From a virus (Duplodnaviria; Caudoviricetes), in IMG/VR virus record IMGVR_UViG_3300042196_000418: a stretch of DNA of 64,000 bases. One strand, given 5' to 3'. The notes beneath the pieces were generated by a model, which did not search any database, was not told where the DNA came from, and saw nothing but the letters and a program-made list of their open reading frames with translations. Numbering within the stretch: position 1 is the stretch's first letter; the number at the start of each line of letters is the position of its first letter. Position numbers and translations under genes: made by a program. Shown here one piece after another: positions 11,526 to 22,997 of the stretch.

Positions 11526-14011
11526 CGCGAAACTCCTCTTTCGACGCCCTCGACACCGAGGGCCTTGCGTGCCAGGTCCGCGTCGAGTTGCTTCCCGAGC
11601 ACGATGTAAGGCGCGTGGTAGTAGCGAAGTACCTTGCGCACGAGCGTGTCGTCCCAGTTGTACTGAACTTCGCCTGTAAGCTCCAAGTGCTCGATGTCGA
11701 GCGGTGCGTCGTTCGCAAAGTCGGTCGTGAGCGTTATCCTCGGACCAGCCTGCCCGGCGAAGCAGAGCACAAAAGCTCTCCTATAGGAGAGCGGCTCGAT
11801 CGCCCAATCAAATGAGGGCAGCGTCAGGTCGAAGGTCGGATTTCCCGCCTCGTTGCGAAAGCCGTGTGCGCGATACTGCGCGCCCGTCTTGTCATCAGGG
11901 CCACGATCAGACAGGACCAGGGCGTTCGTATGGGTAAGAACCTTCCCGAAGCCCGTGTCGATAGCAACGTCGAGCAGGTTGGTGATCAAGACGATCCGTT
12001 CCATTACGTCTCCTCGGTGTTCACAGCAATGCAGATTTCGAGATCACCCTGAATGATCGCATCCCCGTGCGACACCGGACTGGACTGACAGCGCTTCGAC
12101 GTGATGGAGCCGTTCAGCGTCTTGAGGCGAAGGACGGTTCCACCCTGCGAACTGTGGATCCAGAGCGTGTTCCCGCCCTCACGAAACTCGATCGCGCCTA
12201 CCGGGATCATGACCGTGTCCCCTTTTCGAACACCGCGTAGCATTCGCTCACGCTTCTTCGTAGCAGCTCGCGTCACGAAGACCTCCCGAACACAGCGAGC
12301 CCGAGACGCGCGTCATTGCGCGAGCAGATGCGCACGTACGGCAGCTGCGGATCGTCCCCGTAGTGCGCGATGAACACCTCGTCGGGCATCGTGTCACCGC
12401 TGAGTCCAAGCACGATCGGCAAGTCGCCGTTGTCAGGGTCGCAACGCTTCAGCTCGTCGAGCTTCTTGATGAGATCGTTAACGGTCATCGTCATGACTTC
12501 TTCTCCACCTCGGGAAACTCGACACTGCTGCGCAGCTCGACACCAGGCTTGCAGTCCTTCGCGAAGCGGCCGAACAGCGTGCGGAACATCGAGAGCGCGA
12601 TCGTTTCCTCTGTAAGTGACAGCTCGCGATCGCCGAGCATGCGTCGCAGCTGGACGCGCGCTCCCTTCTTGGCCAAGCCCATGAACGTGAGCGTTGCGAC
12701 CGGCAGATAGGGCTCGGCGAACTCGACCATGTCCGCCCTCGCGCCAGTCTGGATGGGACGGATCCACAGCGTGTTCTCAATCGTCGACACGCCGAAGCCG
12801 CTATCGTAGGGATGCTGATCTTCCACCGCGATGAAGGTGTACTTCTCGTCGCCAGGAGAACGCCACTCGGGCTTCCACACGACGCGCATGCCGCGCTTAA
12901 TGACGACAGTCTTCACAAGAACCCCTCTCGCAGCGGTGGAAGACCGGCGGACTCGCGCTCGTCGGCGTTCTTGAACGCGTCTTCCCACGTCGGCCCTTCA
13001 CCGATCAATAGTGGACTGCACCGTCGACGATCGGCGTCGGTCCAGAGCATGTAGCCCACCATGCAGCGGTTGAGCACTTTTTTCGCGCGCAGACAGACCT
13101 GTGCCGTCGACCCAAACGCGCCGCGGGATCGCCACCGCTGATTGGCTTCATTCCATGCTTGGTGTTTGGTCACCAGTCACCTCCCGAGATACGCAGGCTG
13201 CCCGTGCTGTCGATAACGTTTTGCTGTTGTGGCCGTCCGTGGTCATCGTGCGACGGCCCGCGCATGAGGCAGAGCGTGTCGCTAGCGACGTACAACGACA
13301 GATCCGGATCGATGCTACGAAGCAGACCGATCGCCTGGCGGAACGCTCGAATCGAGGATGCGCGACTCACGACGTCGATCCCTTCCGTGCAAGAAGCTGT
13401 CGCCAGAACGCCACCCAGCCGCGGCAGCAGCATGCGAGCCGCACGCCGGGCACACCGCGCGCGTAGCCGCACACGGAGCACGTCGTGGTGTGCAAAATCG
13501 CATCGTACGTCACGGCATCACTGCCTTTCGCGAACGACCTGTTGCGTCTAGGCGTCGCCTTGAACTAGGTTTACGCTTCGCAATTGCAATTCGCGATTGT
13601 GTGGATTGTGTGGATTGAAATGTGTCCCACGGCTCGCCCTGGTGGCCCTTGGTCCACGTCTGTCCGCAGCGCCCTTCGAGGCACCGGTACTGCGGACGAC
13701 CGTCCGCGGCCTTGCCGTCGCGGACTGCTGTGCGCTGACCGCAGGCGCCGCAATGCCCTCGCTCTGACTTCACGGTTTGTCTCCCAGCGACGACACATGA
13801 AGTGGGCGTCGAATGAATTGGAGCCGCTCAAACTCGCGAAACGTCAGGGTCTCGCGGCGCATGACAGCGCGTACGAGACCGACCTTCGCCACGACGTTGA
13901 AAGCGATCTCGCCGTTGCCGCCTCCTGAGAACGGAACGATCGCAGTGACGACGAGCTGCCGACCACGTAGGTAATCCTCAAGCTCGTCACCGATCTGAAG
14001 ATCAGCGATCT

Positions 14012-14809
14012 TCACGGCAGCACGATCCCCGCCTCGCCGATCGCGAGCTTTTGCGCCTGAGTCAGATTGTCGACGAGGCCGCACTTGTTACACGCCATGC
14101 CCACGAGCGCGCGGGTGACCTGGTCGGCCGTCGAGTGGACGTCGCCGATCGGAAAGCAGTTGCTCGTCTCGCCGGCAACAATCGTCCCGTCGCACGAGAT
14201 ACTCGGCGAACAGTTGCCCGACATACCGAGCGCGGCCCGCGCGCGCAGCATCGTCAGCGCGGCGCGAACGTCGCCGAGCGAGCGCGTGAGCGAGCGCAGA
14301 TTGAACGACGTAGGTCCCTTGCGAACGGGCAGGCCGTCCTTGCCAGAGTGAGCGCGCGCAGGCTTCATGCGGCCGAGCGGAATCAGGATCGAGAGCGTCG
14401 GCACGAACACGACACGTGGATCGTCCGTCGGAACAGCCGTCGGCCGCCTTGGATAGAAGCGTGGATCGTTGGTGATCTGCACCATCAGGCGCGGCCATTC
14501 GGGCCGCAGGATCTTCGCCCGGAGCGTCGGATCGTCGAGCCACATCCCGTTGGTGATGAGGATGACGTCGTACCCTCCGTCAATCACCGTCGAAAGGAAC
14601 CACTCGACGTCGGGGTGCTCGGTAGCCTCGCCACCGCTGATCAGGATCCGGCGCGGAATGCCCGAACGCCACGCGTCGCCTTCGAGACGCTCGGTGAGCG
14701 CGAGCGCAGCAAGAAAAGTCTCGCGCGTCATGTGCTCGCCAGCTACCGTGGACCCCTCGGAGCAGTGGTTGCAGCCCATGGAGCAGTAGTTCGTGATCTT
14801 GATCAGCAC
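14012..14809 (-). CDS. Radical SAM protein
   Basis: ITNYCSMGCNHC (CxxxCxxC), ISGGEATEHP, ITNG, C-terminal Cys cluster (SPASM/twitch-like). GTG at 14809 overlaps the upstream TAG. Confidence 0.9.
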   Translation of the reverse strand: MLIKITNYCSMGCNHCSEGSTVAGEHMTRETFLAALALTERLEGDAWRSGIPRRILISGGEATEHPDVEWFLSTVIDGGYDVILITNGMWLDDPTLRAKILRPEWPRLMVQITNDPRFYPRRPTAVPTDDPRVVFVPTLSILIPLGRMKPARAHSGKDGLPVRKGPTSFNLRSLTRSLGDVRAALTMLRARAALGMSGNCSPSISCDGTIVAGETSNCFPIGDVHSTADQVTRALVGMACNKCGLVDNLTQAQKLAIGEAGIVLP

Positions 14810-15576
14810 TACTCGCCCCACCCACGCAAATCGTTGGCGACGTCGAGCCAATATTGCGACTTCGCCAGCATCTTCTCCGCAGCTTTCGCGCGCCCGGCCT
14901 CAAGCTCCTCGTTGTAGTTGCCGAGATAGCGTGCGGCCATCGCCTCGGCGTGCACGATGCGCTCCCCGACGGTGCGCTTGGTCATCGTCTTCGCGGTCAT
15001 CTACCGCTTCCTCCGCCGACGGCCGAACAGGCCCGCGACCAGATCGGCCGCCATGTAGCCCGCGATGCCGGCGCAGATGCCACGAGCTTCCGCTGCGACG
15101 TTGAACGACCGCAACCGCATCACGTGCAGGAAGAAGTACGCAACAAGGATCGCGATCATGACGATGCAGAGACGGCGGACGGTGTCGCTCATGGCTTGGC
15201 CTCCGACTTGGGAGAGAGCTTGACGAAAGCCGCGAACGCAGCGTCCTCGATCACGCGCGCGGGCACCATGCCGCTGCGCGGCTGCATGAACTTCTCGTCG
15301 TCGAGCACCAGCTCTATCGCCGTGCGGATCACGGCCCGCGGCTGCGCGCCGAGGAGCAGCCCGTGCGCCATGTCGACAGCGCGCTTGCGGACCTCGGATC
15401 GCGTCCAGATCTTGCCCTTGCGGCTCGTGATCGTGTAGCGCTCCTGCCACTCCTTATCGGTCATGGGCGCTTGCTCCCACAGCGGTTGCAGCGACCGTCC
15501 GATCCTTGCGTGCCGTTGCAGCGGCCCCAGATGCAGGACTTCGCGGCGAGAAAGCGGCGAACAGTGCTCGTGGTGC

Positions 15577-15999
15577 TCACGACGCGACCTCAGAGGTGAG
15601 CGGGATCTCCTTGGTGGGCCAGGCGCCCGGCTCCCACGCGCGACCGTTGTAGCTGATCTTGGCGATCACCTTGGCGCCCTGCTTGACCTCGCCGCCGAGC
15701 CAGTTGCCGCCGCCCAGCTCGTAGTGCTCGATGTACGCGCGGCATGCCTTGCTAGCGTCGGCAAGCGAGGCCACGCGGAGGGTCCGTCGCGGCACGCCAG
15801 GCATCGAGCGACGGCTGTCCTGCCCGAAGTCCGGGTTGCCGACGCTCGCGAGCAGGACCTTGTAGGCACCCTTGGGCGCGACCAGCGCGGCGATCGTGCG
15901 CGTATACGCAGCCTCGTGCTCGCACACCACGCAGGAGGTTGCACCGTACAGCGGAAGGCCGCAGGTGCCACAGGGCGTCTCGGTAGCGTCGAGGTTCAT
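15577..15999 (-). CDS. Hypothetical phage protein, first gene of operon P2
   Basis: ATG 15999 lies 14 nt from the -12 GC. N-terminal CxxC..CxxC, then SVGNPDFGQ...LGGGNWLGG...ISYNGRAW. Confidence 0.7.
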   Translation of the reverse strand: MNLDATETPCGTCGLPLYGATSCVVCEHEAAYTRTIAALVAPKGAYKVLLASVGNPDFGQDSRRSMPGVPRRTLRVASLADASKACRAYIEHYELGGGNWLGGEVKQGAKVIAKISYNGRAWEPGAWPTKEIPLTSEVAS

Positions 16000-16011
16000 A
16001 CGGACAGGTAG

Positions 16012-16135
16012 AGCAGATCGCGTGCCCAGTCCACGGTCATCGTAAGTGTGCGACCGCGAACGCTGGGTACTTTGTAACCCGGTTCCGCGCTGCGTCGCGA
16101 TCCGTAACGCTCGAGACACGGGTAATTTTCTACCC
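16012..16135 (-). promoter_or_regulatory. Promoter cassette P2
   Basis: GGGTA-attttc-TACCC 16120-16135 (perfect), GGGTA-ctttgt-AACCC 16065-16080 (55 bp apart). Minus-strand GG-cacgcgatct-GC 16026-16013. ATG 15999. Confidence 0.8.
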
Positions 16136-16189
16136 AGCTCCGCTCGACGGGATCTCGCGCCACTTCGATGCGTACAGCTTCGCGTCGTC

Positions 16190-19100
16190 TCATCGACGCA
16201 CCTTCGGGCCGTCGAAGCGGTGATGGCACTCCAGGCACCACCAGCGCGAGGTCCCTGGCTGGTCTCCGACGATCGGCTTGCCGTAGTTGCGGAGCGGCAC
16301 CGTGTCCGTGTGGCTGCACCGCGGGCACGCGAGATCGGGAAGCTGTTGTTTCTTCAGCATCAACGCGCGTTGCGCTCCGCAAAGGCCCGCAGCTCCGCGA
16401 GCTGTGCCTCGCGCTTCTCGAAGCGGTGATCCGCCGCGAGCTTCGTTCCGTGCCACCACTTCCGCGGCACGTCACCCTCTTGCCGGATCCGCTGATAGAG
16501 CGTGTCCATCAGTGTTTCGTTCGGGCCGCGTCCGAAGTCCGCGGTGACCGCGAGGTAGAGCTTGTCGCCCTCGCGAAGGAGTTGCGGATTCTTGAACGCA
16601 GCGACGCGCTGCTCTTTCGTCCACATCACGTCAGCTCCGTCAACTCGCCGATCGTCTCGGCTATCCGGCGAACGAACTCCTCGCGCGTCTCCCCTTCCTG
16701 CCAGGTAAGGCGCTTCTTGTACGTGTTCTTGTTCGTGTCGACCTCGACGGTCACGGCGATCTCGCGAATGTGCTCAGCCATGCGGCACCTCCACGTTCGG
16801 ATCGTACGGAATCCGCACCACCGCGCCCAGCCGGTAGAACCTGCCGGGTTCGAGCGGCTTCGCGTGCGGCACGCAGCGCCCACGCCCGCGATCGGCGAGC
16901 TGCTCGATCGTCGGCCGCGCGGCGCGGAGCGCCTCGGTCTCGTCGGCCGCGTCGACCACCGCGAGCGCGATGTCGGGCTCGCCGTAGAGCGTTTTGTCTT
17001 GAATCGTGACGATGAAGATCATCGGCGCCTCCCACGGCGATTCTTGTACGCGTCGAAGATAACGAAGCCGATGACGGCTCCGAGCGCCATGAACGCCACG
17101 AGCCAGGAGAACGCCGTAATGACGAACTCCCACGTGTGATCGCGCCAGGTCATCGAAGCGTCTCCACCGTGACCGGCACTACCCTCGCCGGATAGCTGTT
17201 GTTGAGCCGGTCTGCAATCCGACGCGCCGTCGGTCCGTCGAACACGCTTGCTTGATCGACGTGGCAGTCCCAACGATCCGTCCCGTCGTCGATCCATGAC
17301 GAGAGAAAGTACGGCATGAAGCCGGTACGCTGCACAACGATGTACTTCACGACGGGATCCCCGTCGGAGGCCGAACGAGCCGAAAAGCCCCGTCCTGCCA
17401 ATCATACAGCCAGAAGCGCGGGAACTTGTCCGGGTCACCAGCGTAGGCCGCGTCGACACGCGCGATCAGGTCCCAGTCCTTTGGGTCGCGATCCGTCGGA
17501 TCGATCGGCACCATCCCGTCGAACGCGGAGATGTCTTTCTGACGAAGTCCGTGCGCCTGCATCAACGTCGTCGACGCGCGCAGGATTTCGCGCCACCGCG
17601 GCATTGGCCACGGCACGCGCACGAACATGAGCGGACCCGGGCTGATGACGGTCATGTAGTGCCTCTGCGTCACCGCAGCTCCTCCAGCTGAGAGGGCTGC
17701 ACGCGTACGCTGCGCAGCCCGTCGTCGTCCTCGAATTCGATGACGACGTAGACTCCTTGCGCGTCGCGACCGCGGCGGATGACATGCGCCGCGTAACGAT
17801 CGCCGTCCGAATCGGTCCAGACAACGTCAGGGACGACGTAGCGGCCATCACAGATCACGCAGCCACCGCCGTCCCATCATCCAGATATCCGCATCCCGCC
17901 GCCTTTGTCGCGCGCTGCGCGGCGCCGCACACGGGGCACGGCATGATCTTTCGCTTGTACGGCCGACTCGCGAACACTGGCAACGGAGTACCGGTCTTGG
18001 TCTTCGAATCGAAGCCCATGATCGAGAGCTTGATCCCGTTCTTGGTAGTCGGTGCCTTGCGTGCCTCCAGCTCGACGATCTTGGCGAACACGCGCGGACG
18101 TTCAGCGGCGAGGACCTTCCAATCACCACGTGAACCGTAGGGACATTTCATACAGGCTGATTTCCGGGGCACCGGGTAGCCGCTCGCGCGGGCGAGCGCC
18201 TCGCAGCGACAACGGCAGAGTCCGCGCTCCATGAGCGGGAAGCGATTGACGCGCCCTGCATGAGTCATCGCGAACGCAAGCGCCTTCGTCCACCGCCACG
18301 CGATCGTCAGATCGCGCAGTGGAGCCGATTTGCCAGGCTCGCGACCGTAGCTCGGGCCGCGTGGCTTGCCCGCGTTCGGATCGTTCTCGACGCGGCTCGT
18401 CTCCGCACCATCGAAACCGATCCACACTTCGACTTCCTGGCCGTGGAAGCGATCGTCGAGCCAACGCTCGAAGCGCTCCACCTTGGCGATCCGCGTGCAG
18501 ATGCGGTTGGGCCCGGCGACAGGGATCTGACCCATGTTCCAGAGCCACTGGAACAGCGATCGTGCGGCCTGGTTGTCGGGACGGATCAAGTAGCCCGTGC
18601 GCGCAGAGATCTCGACGAACTCGATACCGCGGGCCGCACACCACGGCTGAACGATCTCCTCAACGTGGCGGTACGTGCCATCCCACTCGCCGGGATGCTC
18701 GTCACGATCGTCAGCATCCCCGACGTCGACGAACGCGACAATGTCGGGCAGTTCGCCGCGAATCTCGGCATCGAGCAGCATCGCCCACGAGTCGAGACCA
18801 CCACCGAGCGAGAGGACCTTGGGACGCTTCATCGTGAAGTCCCGCGGCGTCGAGCGACCTCGGCCAGCTCGGCCTCGATGTTCGCGCCCGTGATGATGGC
18901 GATCGGGCGTCCCGCGCGCTCTGTGTAGAGCCGCACGAGCCACGGGGACGTCCAGCAGCACTGGAGCTTCTTGCTCTCGTTGTTCGCCACGTCTACCACT
19001 CCCCTCGCTTGATCTCGCGGATGTGGAGGCCAAGCTGGTTGTTGTATGCGACTTCGAGGTTGAGCAGCTTGCAGATGTTCTGCGGTAGATCTTCGTTCTG

Positions 19101-19657
19101 AACATGGTCCTCGGGCCGATAGTACGGCGCGGTATCCGCCGAGGGCTTGGAGATGCTCCATCCCCACCCTGCGCCCGCGACGAAGCTGAAGCCATGCAGC
19201 TTGAAGTACGGCAAGATCTCGACGCGGGCCTGTTCGGCAAGCTTCTCGACCTCGGCGTGGAACGCAGCCTGCGCTGCCTCCAGCCCCTTGGAGAACTGGC
19301 CGAGGGTCCGCTTGGAAAGATCCTTCACGACACGAACCCACGGTTGAAGCGCGAAAACGTCTCTTCGTCGCGCGCTCGATCGATCTCATCCCAGAGCGCA
19401 CGTTCGTTCAACTCGCGAAGCGCTACGAGTTCACGGTAATCCTCGACCGCCTGCCATTCATGCGCGTCCGCCGCATGCTCGTCCGCCGCCATGCTGATCG
19501 TGTCGCGAATGACATTCCAGTCGCGCGCATCATCGAGTCCGCACGCGATTGCGTCACGCGTGTCGCGAAGCGCAAGAGCCTTCAACCTACGAGCCCGCTG
19601 TGCGCGTCCAGTGCGCATGATGGCGCGGAGTAGTTTCATGTGCCGCGTGATCCGCAT
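16190..19657 (-). other. Minus-strand operon of about 12 small genes including a second PAPS-reductase-like gene
   Basis: Overlap-coupled ORFs (19325-19657, 18993-19328, 18829-18990, 17855-18832, 17670-17858, 17347-17673 and others). Confidence 0.7.
17855..18832 (-). CDS. PAPS-reductase-like / PP-loop protein (second copy)
   Basis: MKRPKVLSLGGGLDSWAML, GEWDGTY, RICTRIAKV, WIGFDGAE..R, FPLME...R..C, PRKSACMKCP. True start is likely ATG 18832. Confidence 0.8.
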   Translation of the reverse strand: MKRPKVLSLGGGLDSWAMLLDAEIRGELPDIVAFVDVGDADDRDEHPGEWDGTYRHVEEIVQPWCAARGIEFVEISARTGYLIRPDNQAARSLFQWLWNMGQIPVAGPNRICTRIAKVERFERWLDDRFHGQEVEVWIGFDGAETSRVENDPNAGKPRGPSYGREPGKSAPLRDLTIAWRWTKALAFAMTHAGRVNRFPLMERGLCRCRCEALARASGYPVPRKSACMKCPYGSRGDWKVLAAERPRVFAKIVELEARKAPTTKNGIKLSIMGFDSKTKTGTPLPVFASRPYKRKIMPCPVCGAAQRATKAAGCGYLDDGTAVAA

Positions 19658-19669
19658 GTCCTATCCAGG

Positions 19670-19891
19670 AGCAACCGCCGCGCCATCCTGACAGCAATGT
19701 GGCTGCACGCCAAGTCCCTGGTCCAAGCCAGCGGGTACTTGTAGACCCAGGGTCTAATATTCACAGATCCCGAAGCGCTCGAGACACGGGTAGCCAGCCA
19801 CTCAGGCACGGGCAATCGCGAGCTTGACGTACCGGGCGAGACCTACGGCGTCTCTTCATAGGACGTGTCAGGTCGTGGAATGCAGGGTGCA
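19670..19891. promoter_or_regulatory. Divergent promoter hub P3 (two sigma54-type promoters sharing a palindrome pair)
   Basis: GGGTA-cttgta-GACCC 19733-19748 and GGGTA-gccagc-CACTC 19788-19803 (55 bp apart). Minus TGGCGCGgcggTTGCT (GG 19684-83, GC 19672-71, ATG 19657). Plus TGGAATGcaggGTGCA (GG 19877-78, GC 19889-90, ATG 19905). Confidence 0.75.
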
Positions 19892-19904
19892 ATTAACCTC
19901 GGGC

Positions 19905-20282
19905 ATGGCGAACATGGGAACGAAGAAGGCGGCGAACGGCACGATCCTCGGAACCTACCGCGTGTGCGGTCGCTGCAAGGGTACGGGGTGGTGGTCGGGT
20001 CAGGTTCTGCGCGGGTGCTTCGCGTGCGGCGGGCAAACCATGCGCATCGGCTCGGGCCGCGTGTTCGTCGAGAGCGCGGCCGGCAAAATTGCCCGCATGG
20101 AATCTCACGCCGCGCAGGTCCGCGCCGACATCGCGGAACACATGGCGCGCCTAGAGAAGCTCGGACCCAACGCCCCTCGCTGGAAGCGTATGTCACCCGA
20201 AGCGTGGCTGGCTCGCGACCGCGATAACCTCGCACGCATCGAAGGCGAAATCGCAAGCACTCGCAAGGAAGCGGGCCTGTGA
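19905..20282 (+). CDS. Zinc-finger/coiled-coil hypothetical protein
   Basis: CGRCKGTG...CFACGG then coiled coil. ATG 15 nt after the promoter GC. Confidence 0.7.
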   Translation: MANMGTKKAANGTILGTYRVCGRCKGTGWWSGQVLRGCFACGGQTMRIGSGRVFVESAAGKIARMESHAAQVRADIAEHMARLEKLGPNAPRWKRMSPEAWLARDRDNLARIEGEIASTRKEAGL

Positions 20283-20578
20283 TGCTCGGACGCGTGAAGA
20301 TGATCTCGAACACAGGCTGCCCGTTACCCAGCCTGGTGGAAGTCGAGTTCGACCAGGCCGACGTTGTCCAACTCGGCAAGCTCTACTGCTGGGGCAGCGC
20401 GGGATGCCAGTTCATCGTGCGGCTGCGTGACGGTCGTGAAGTGTTCGTGAATGCGAGCAAGCAGCGCAAGGACGATGAGCGCTTCCTGCGCCGCCTCGCC
20501 AAACCGATTCGCGGTTGGGCGCCAGGCCGCTCTGAAGGCTTCCGCACGGTGTGGAGCACGCTGATATACTCGTCGTGA
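20279..20578 (+). CDS. Hypothetical protein (paralog of 34574-34843)
   Basis: FDQADVVQLGKL...IVRLRDGREVFVNASKQRKDD. Confidence 0.7.
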   Translation: MMLGRVKMISNTGCPLPSLVEVEFDQADVVQLGKLYCWGSAGCQFIVRLRDGREVFVNASKQRKDDERFLRRLAKPIRGWAPGRSEGFRTVWSTLIYSS

Positions 20579-20585
20579 AGGACCC

Positions 20586-20969
20586 ATGGCGAAGAAAAAG
20601 TCGCTCGACAGCTACTTGCAGCTCGCGAATCATGCGGCCCGTTGGGCAGCTCCCAACAGTCCCTTCGCGGCGGCGAATCCAGCGCTGCGTCCGTACATGA
20701 CGCGTGTGCCTAGGGAGATCGGACCTCGCATCGATCGTCAGTTCTGGTTTGGTGAAGTGCTCGATGATCTCCGCCGCGCTGCCGAGCGCGACCTCAATTC
20801 AACCGAGCTGAAGCGCCTCGATAACGTCCTTCGACTCATGATCGCGACACCTCCTGCTGGCTATGGCTCGGACTCGAAACACATGACGACTCATCACGCG
20901 GCCCGCAAGAAGAGTCCAGCTCAGCTCGACCGCGAGATCGCGGAAGCGACCTCGCGGTCTCGACGCTGA
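20586..20969 (+). CDS. Hypothetical protein with C-terminal AQLDREI tag
   Basis: Ends RKKSPAQLDREIAEATSRSRR. SD aagga upstream. Confidence 0.75.
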   Translation: MAKKKSLDSYLQLANHAARWAAPNSPFAAANPALRPYMTRVPREIGPRIDRQFWFGEVLDDLRRAAERDLNSTELKRLDNVLRLMIATPPAGYGSDSKHMTTHHAARKKSPAQLDREIAEATSRSRR

Positions 20970-21191
20970 TCACGCTTCAACGCGTGCCGAACACACCGGG
21001 AAGTTGCGTCGAGACAACGCCGTCAGCACTGCGCAGCCGCGCCTCCCGCTGACGCCAGCTCGGCAGTTAGTGTACAGATCCCGGAGAGAACGAAACACGG
21101 GTGCTTTGCGCACCCACCCCACACTTCAACAGCTAGCGCGGGAGTGCCGCGGCCCGTGATACTTTCCGCTTCCAACCACAACGAGGTCTCC

Positions 21192-21938
21192 GTGAAGCAG
21201 CTCAGTGTTCTCTTTCTTCTGTTCGTGTTCGCAAACTGCACCATCGACGACGAGACCGTCTCGTCAGTCGAAGACGAAGTCGTCACGCCCGAGGCGATCT
21301 CGGCGGCACAGCTCAACAGTGCCAAGGCAGCTGCCAGCGCCATCGGCGGGGCAAGCCTGAACAGTAACAGCGCCGCCATCCAGAGCCTCGTATCGACGGC
21401 CAACGGCCAAGCCGTATTCGGAGCGATCGTGGCCTGCGCCGTCTCGAGCGGGCAGAGCGTCAGCGCCACAGGTCCCAGCGGCACGCTCACGTTCAACGGA
21501 GCGCTGGGTGTCGCGTCGGCCTGGCGCACGTCGGCTCCGACCAGCGCGAACAAGCGTTGGACGACTGCGTGCGTGCTGTCCAAGACCAGCGCCTTCGGCT
21601 TTACTTTGAACGTGTCGGTCCGTCACGATTCCTACCTGCCGTTGACATCCACCGCTGCGGAGCGCGCGACATACGCGGTCGCCGTCGGAGCGTTCTATGG
21701 CGACTTGTTCCAGGCTTCACCCAAGACGTTTGCCTGTGGCGCCATCAACTGGCCTGCGGGCTCAGATCCGCGCGTCGAATGCGCGCGCACGGTCAACGGC
21801 GTCACCACGACGTGTGGCTTCAGCTGGACGGGGCTGTGCACGAACACGCCTCCCTGTACGGACAAGACAGCGCCCTACGGAACGTGTACGGGCAGCGCTG
21901 TTCCGTACGCGGAAGTCGCAACGATCTTCATCCAGTGA
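21192..21938 (+). CDS. Cys-rich secreted lipoprotein, myxobacterial-type hypothetical family
   Basis: Signal peptide ending FANC. Motifs IVACAV..G, FNGALGVASAW, RWTTACVLSKT, VSVR, GAFYGDLF recalled from a family common in myxobacteria. Confidence 0.65.
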   Translation: MKQLSVLFLLFVFANCTIDDETVSSVEDEVVTPEAISAAQLNSAKAAASAIGGASLNSNSAAIQSLVSTANGQAVFGAIVACAVSSGQSVSATGPSGTLTFNGALGVASAWRTSAPTSANKRWTTACVLSKTSAFGFTLNVSVRHDSYLPLTSTAAERATYAVAVGAFYGDLFQASPKTFACGAINWPAGSDPRVECARTVNGVTTTCGFSWTGLCTNTPPCTDKTAPYGTCTGSAVPYAEVATIFIQ

Positions 21939-22230
21939 AGGACTGAGGTCTCGGCCGCCGCGCAGCTGATATACTCGCCGTAACGAGGCAGACGTCGACC
22001 AGGGCACTCGAACAAGCCCGAACGCAGGTGCGCCGCGGCTTTGACCAAGGCTACCCGGTCGACGCGGTGGCGGCCTTCATCGAAGATGTCGGACCCGACG
22101 TCGACGCACGTTTGTGGGCGTGGTGGATGACGCTCTCAAACCTGACGACCGGCCCAAAAACGAACGTGGTTTTCGGCGCTACTACGAGGGTGTGTACGAA
22201 GACCTCGAAAATCTATGGCCGCGACGCTGA

Positions 22231-22632
22231 TCAACGCGCCATGCCCGGAAGTTTGGAGGCGACGATACCCTCGTCGCTGCGCAGTCGCGCATGCCGCTGT
22301 CGCCAGCGCGGCATGTAGTGATCCATCAACGTGTAGAAGCGTGCGTCGTGCCCGGATCCCTTCTCGTCACCGATGAGGAGGTGCACGAGCTCGTGTACGA
22401 TCACGTACTCGAGGTCCGCTGGCTGCATCGTTGCGAGCGCCTGGCTGATCCACATGCGACGCGTGGCCAGGTTGAGCGATCCAAACCGCCGCATCTTCTT
22501 GACCCGAAAGTCGCTGAGAGCCACGCCGAGAATGGGTTGCCACTTGTCGAGGAGCGTCTGCACGCGAGCCACGAGCCGCGTGCGCTCCTGGTGGTTCGCG
22601 ATTTCGCGATCGAGCTGGCGTGCCGTCTTCAT
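22231..22632 (-). CDS. YgjP/DUF45 (M48-like) zinc metallopeptidase with N-terminal QLDREI tag
   Basis: KKMRRFGSL...LEYVIVHELVHL....HDARFYTLMDHYMPRW. Starts MKTARQLDREIANH. Confidence 0.85.
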   Translation of the reverse strand: MKTARQLDREIANHQERTRLVARVQTLLDKWQPILGVALSDFRVKKMRRFGSLNLATRRMWISQALATMQPADLEYVIVHELVHLLIGDEKGSGHDARFYTLMDHYMPRWRQRHARLRSDEGIVASKLPGMAR

Positions 22633-22648
22633 GTACCGAGTACCAAGG

Positions 22649-22997
22649 TCATTCTTTCCCTGGGCGATGAGCCAGCGCATCGGCGATCTCGCGATCTAAC
22701 TGTGCAGAAGACTTTTTCGTCGCCGTCGTCCCCTCGCGTGCATCGATAATCTCTTTTGCCTCTGCAATGATCGGCGCTCGGCGCCGCATTGGTCCACCCC
22801 CAACTGAAGCCAGAAATGGCAAGGAACGCAGGTGCGTCCTTGATGGTCTCGAAGCGCCAGCTCCCCGGCGTGCCGAGCAGCGCGACGACCCAGTGTCCAC
22901 CATCCATGCGCAGCTCGACGTCGTAGCTGCGCCCCGCCTGATCGAGCGCCTTGGTGGAAAGAGGGATGCGCTCGGTGAGCTTCCACTTGCTGGCCAT
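22649..22997 (-). pseudogene. AQLDREI-tag protein frameshifted by a 7-bp tandem duplication
   Basis: tcggcgc twice (22771-22777, 22778-22784). Deleting one copy joins MASKWKL...WTNAAP to IIAEAKEII...KKSSAQLDREIADALAHRPGKE. Confidence 0.7.

Larger units (their letters stand above)
6217..15999 (-). other. Minus-strand operon of about 27 small genes including the Fis-HTH, PAPS-reductase-like and radical SAM genes
   Basis: Near-continuous chain of 4-nt overlaps (e.g. 7052/7055, 7548/7551, 10294/10297, 10704/10707, 11522/11525). Headed by cassette P2. Confidence 0.7.

Noticed and set aside
11932-11947. GGGTA-agaacc-TTCCC one-mismatch palindrome
   Set aside because: Inside a CDS with no partner or promoter seen, and within chance expectation.
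13561-13625. AT-richer patch with gattgtgtg x2 and gcaattgcaatt
   Set aside because: Short, lies in the tail of ORF 13510-13773 (QSTQSTQS), and is too weak to call an origin or regulatory site.
18833-19240. N-terminal extension of the 461-aa ORF 17855-19240
   Set aside because: Low-complexity Arg/Ser text overlapping two better genes. The PP-loop domain begins at ATG 18832.
21099-21115. GGGTG-N7-CACCC upstream of the lipoprotein gene
   Set aside because: Spacer is 7 not 6, arms differ, and no GG-N10-GC lies at the expected distance.
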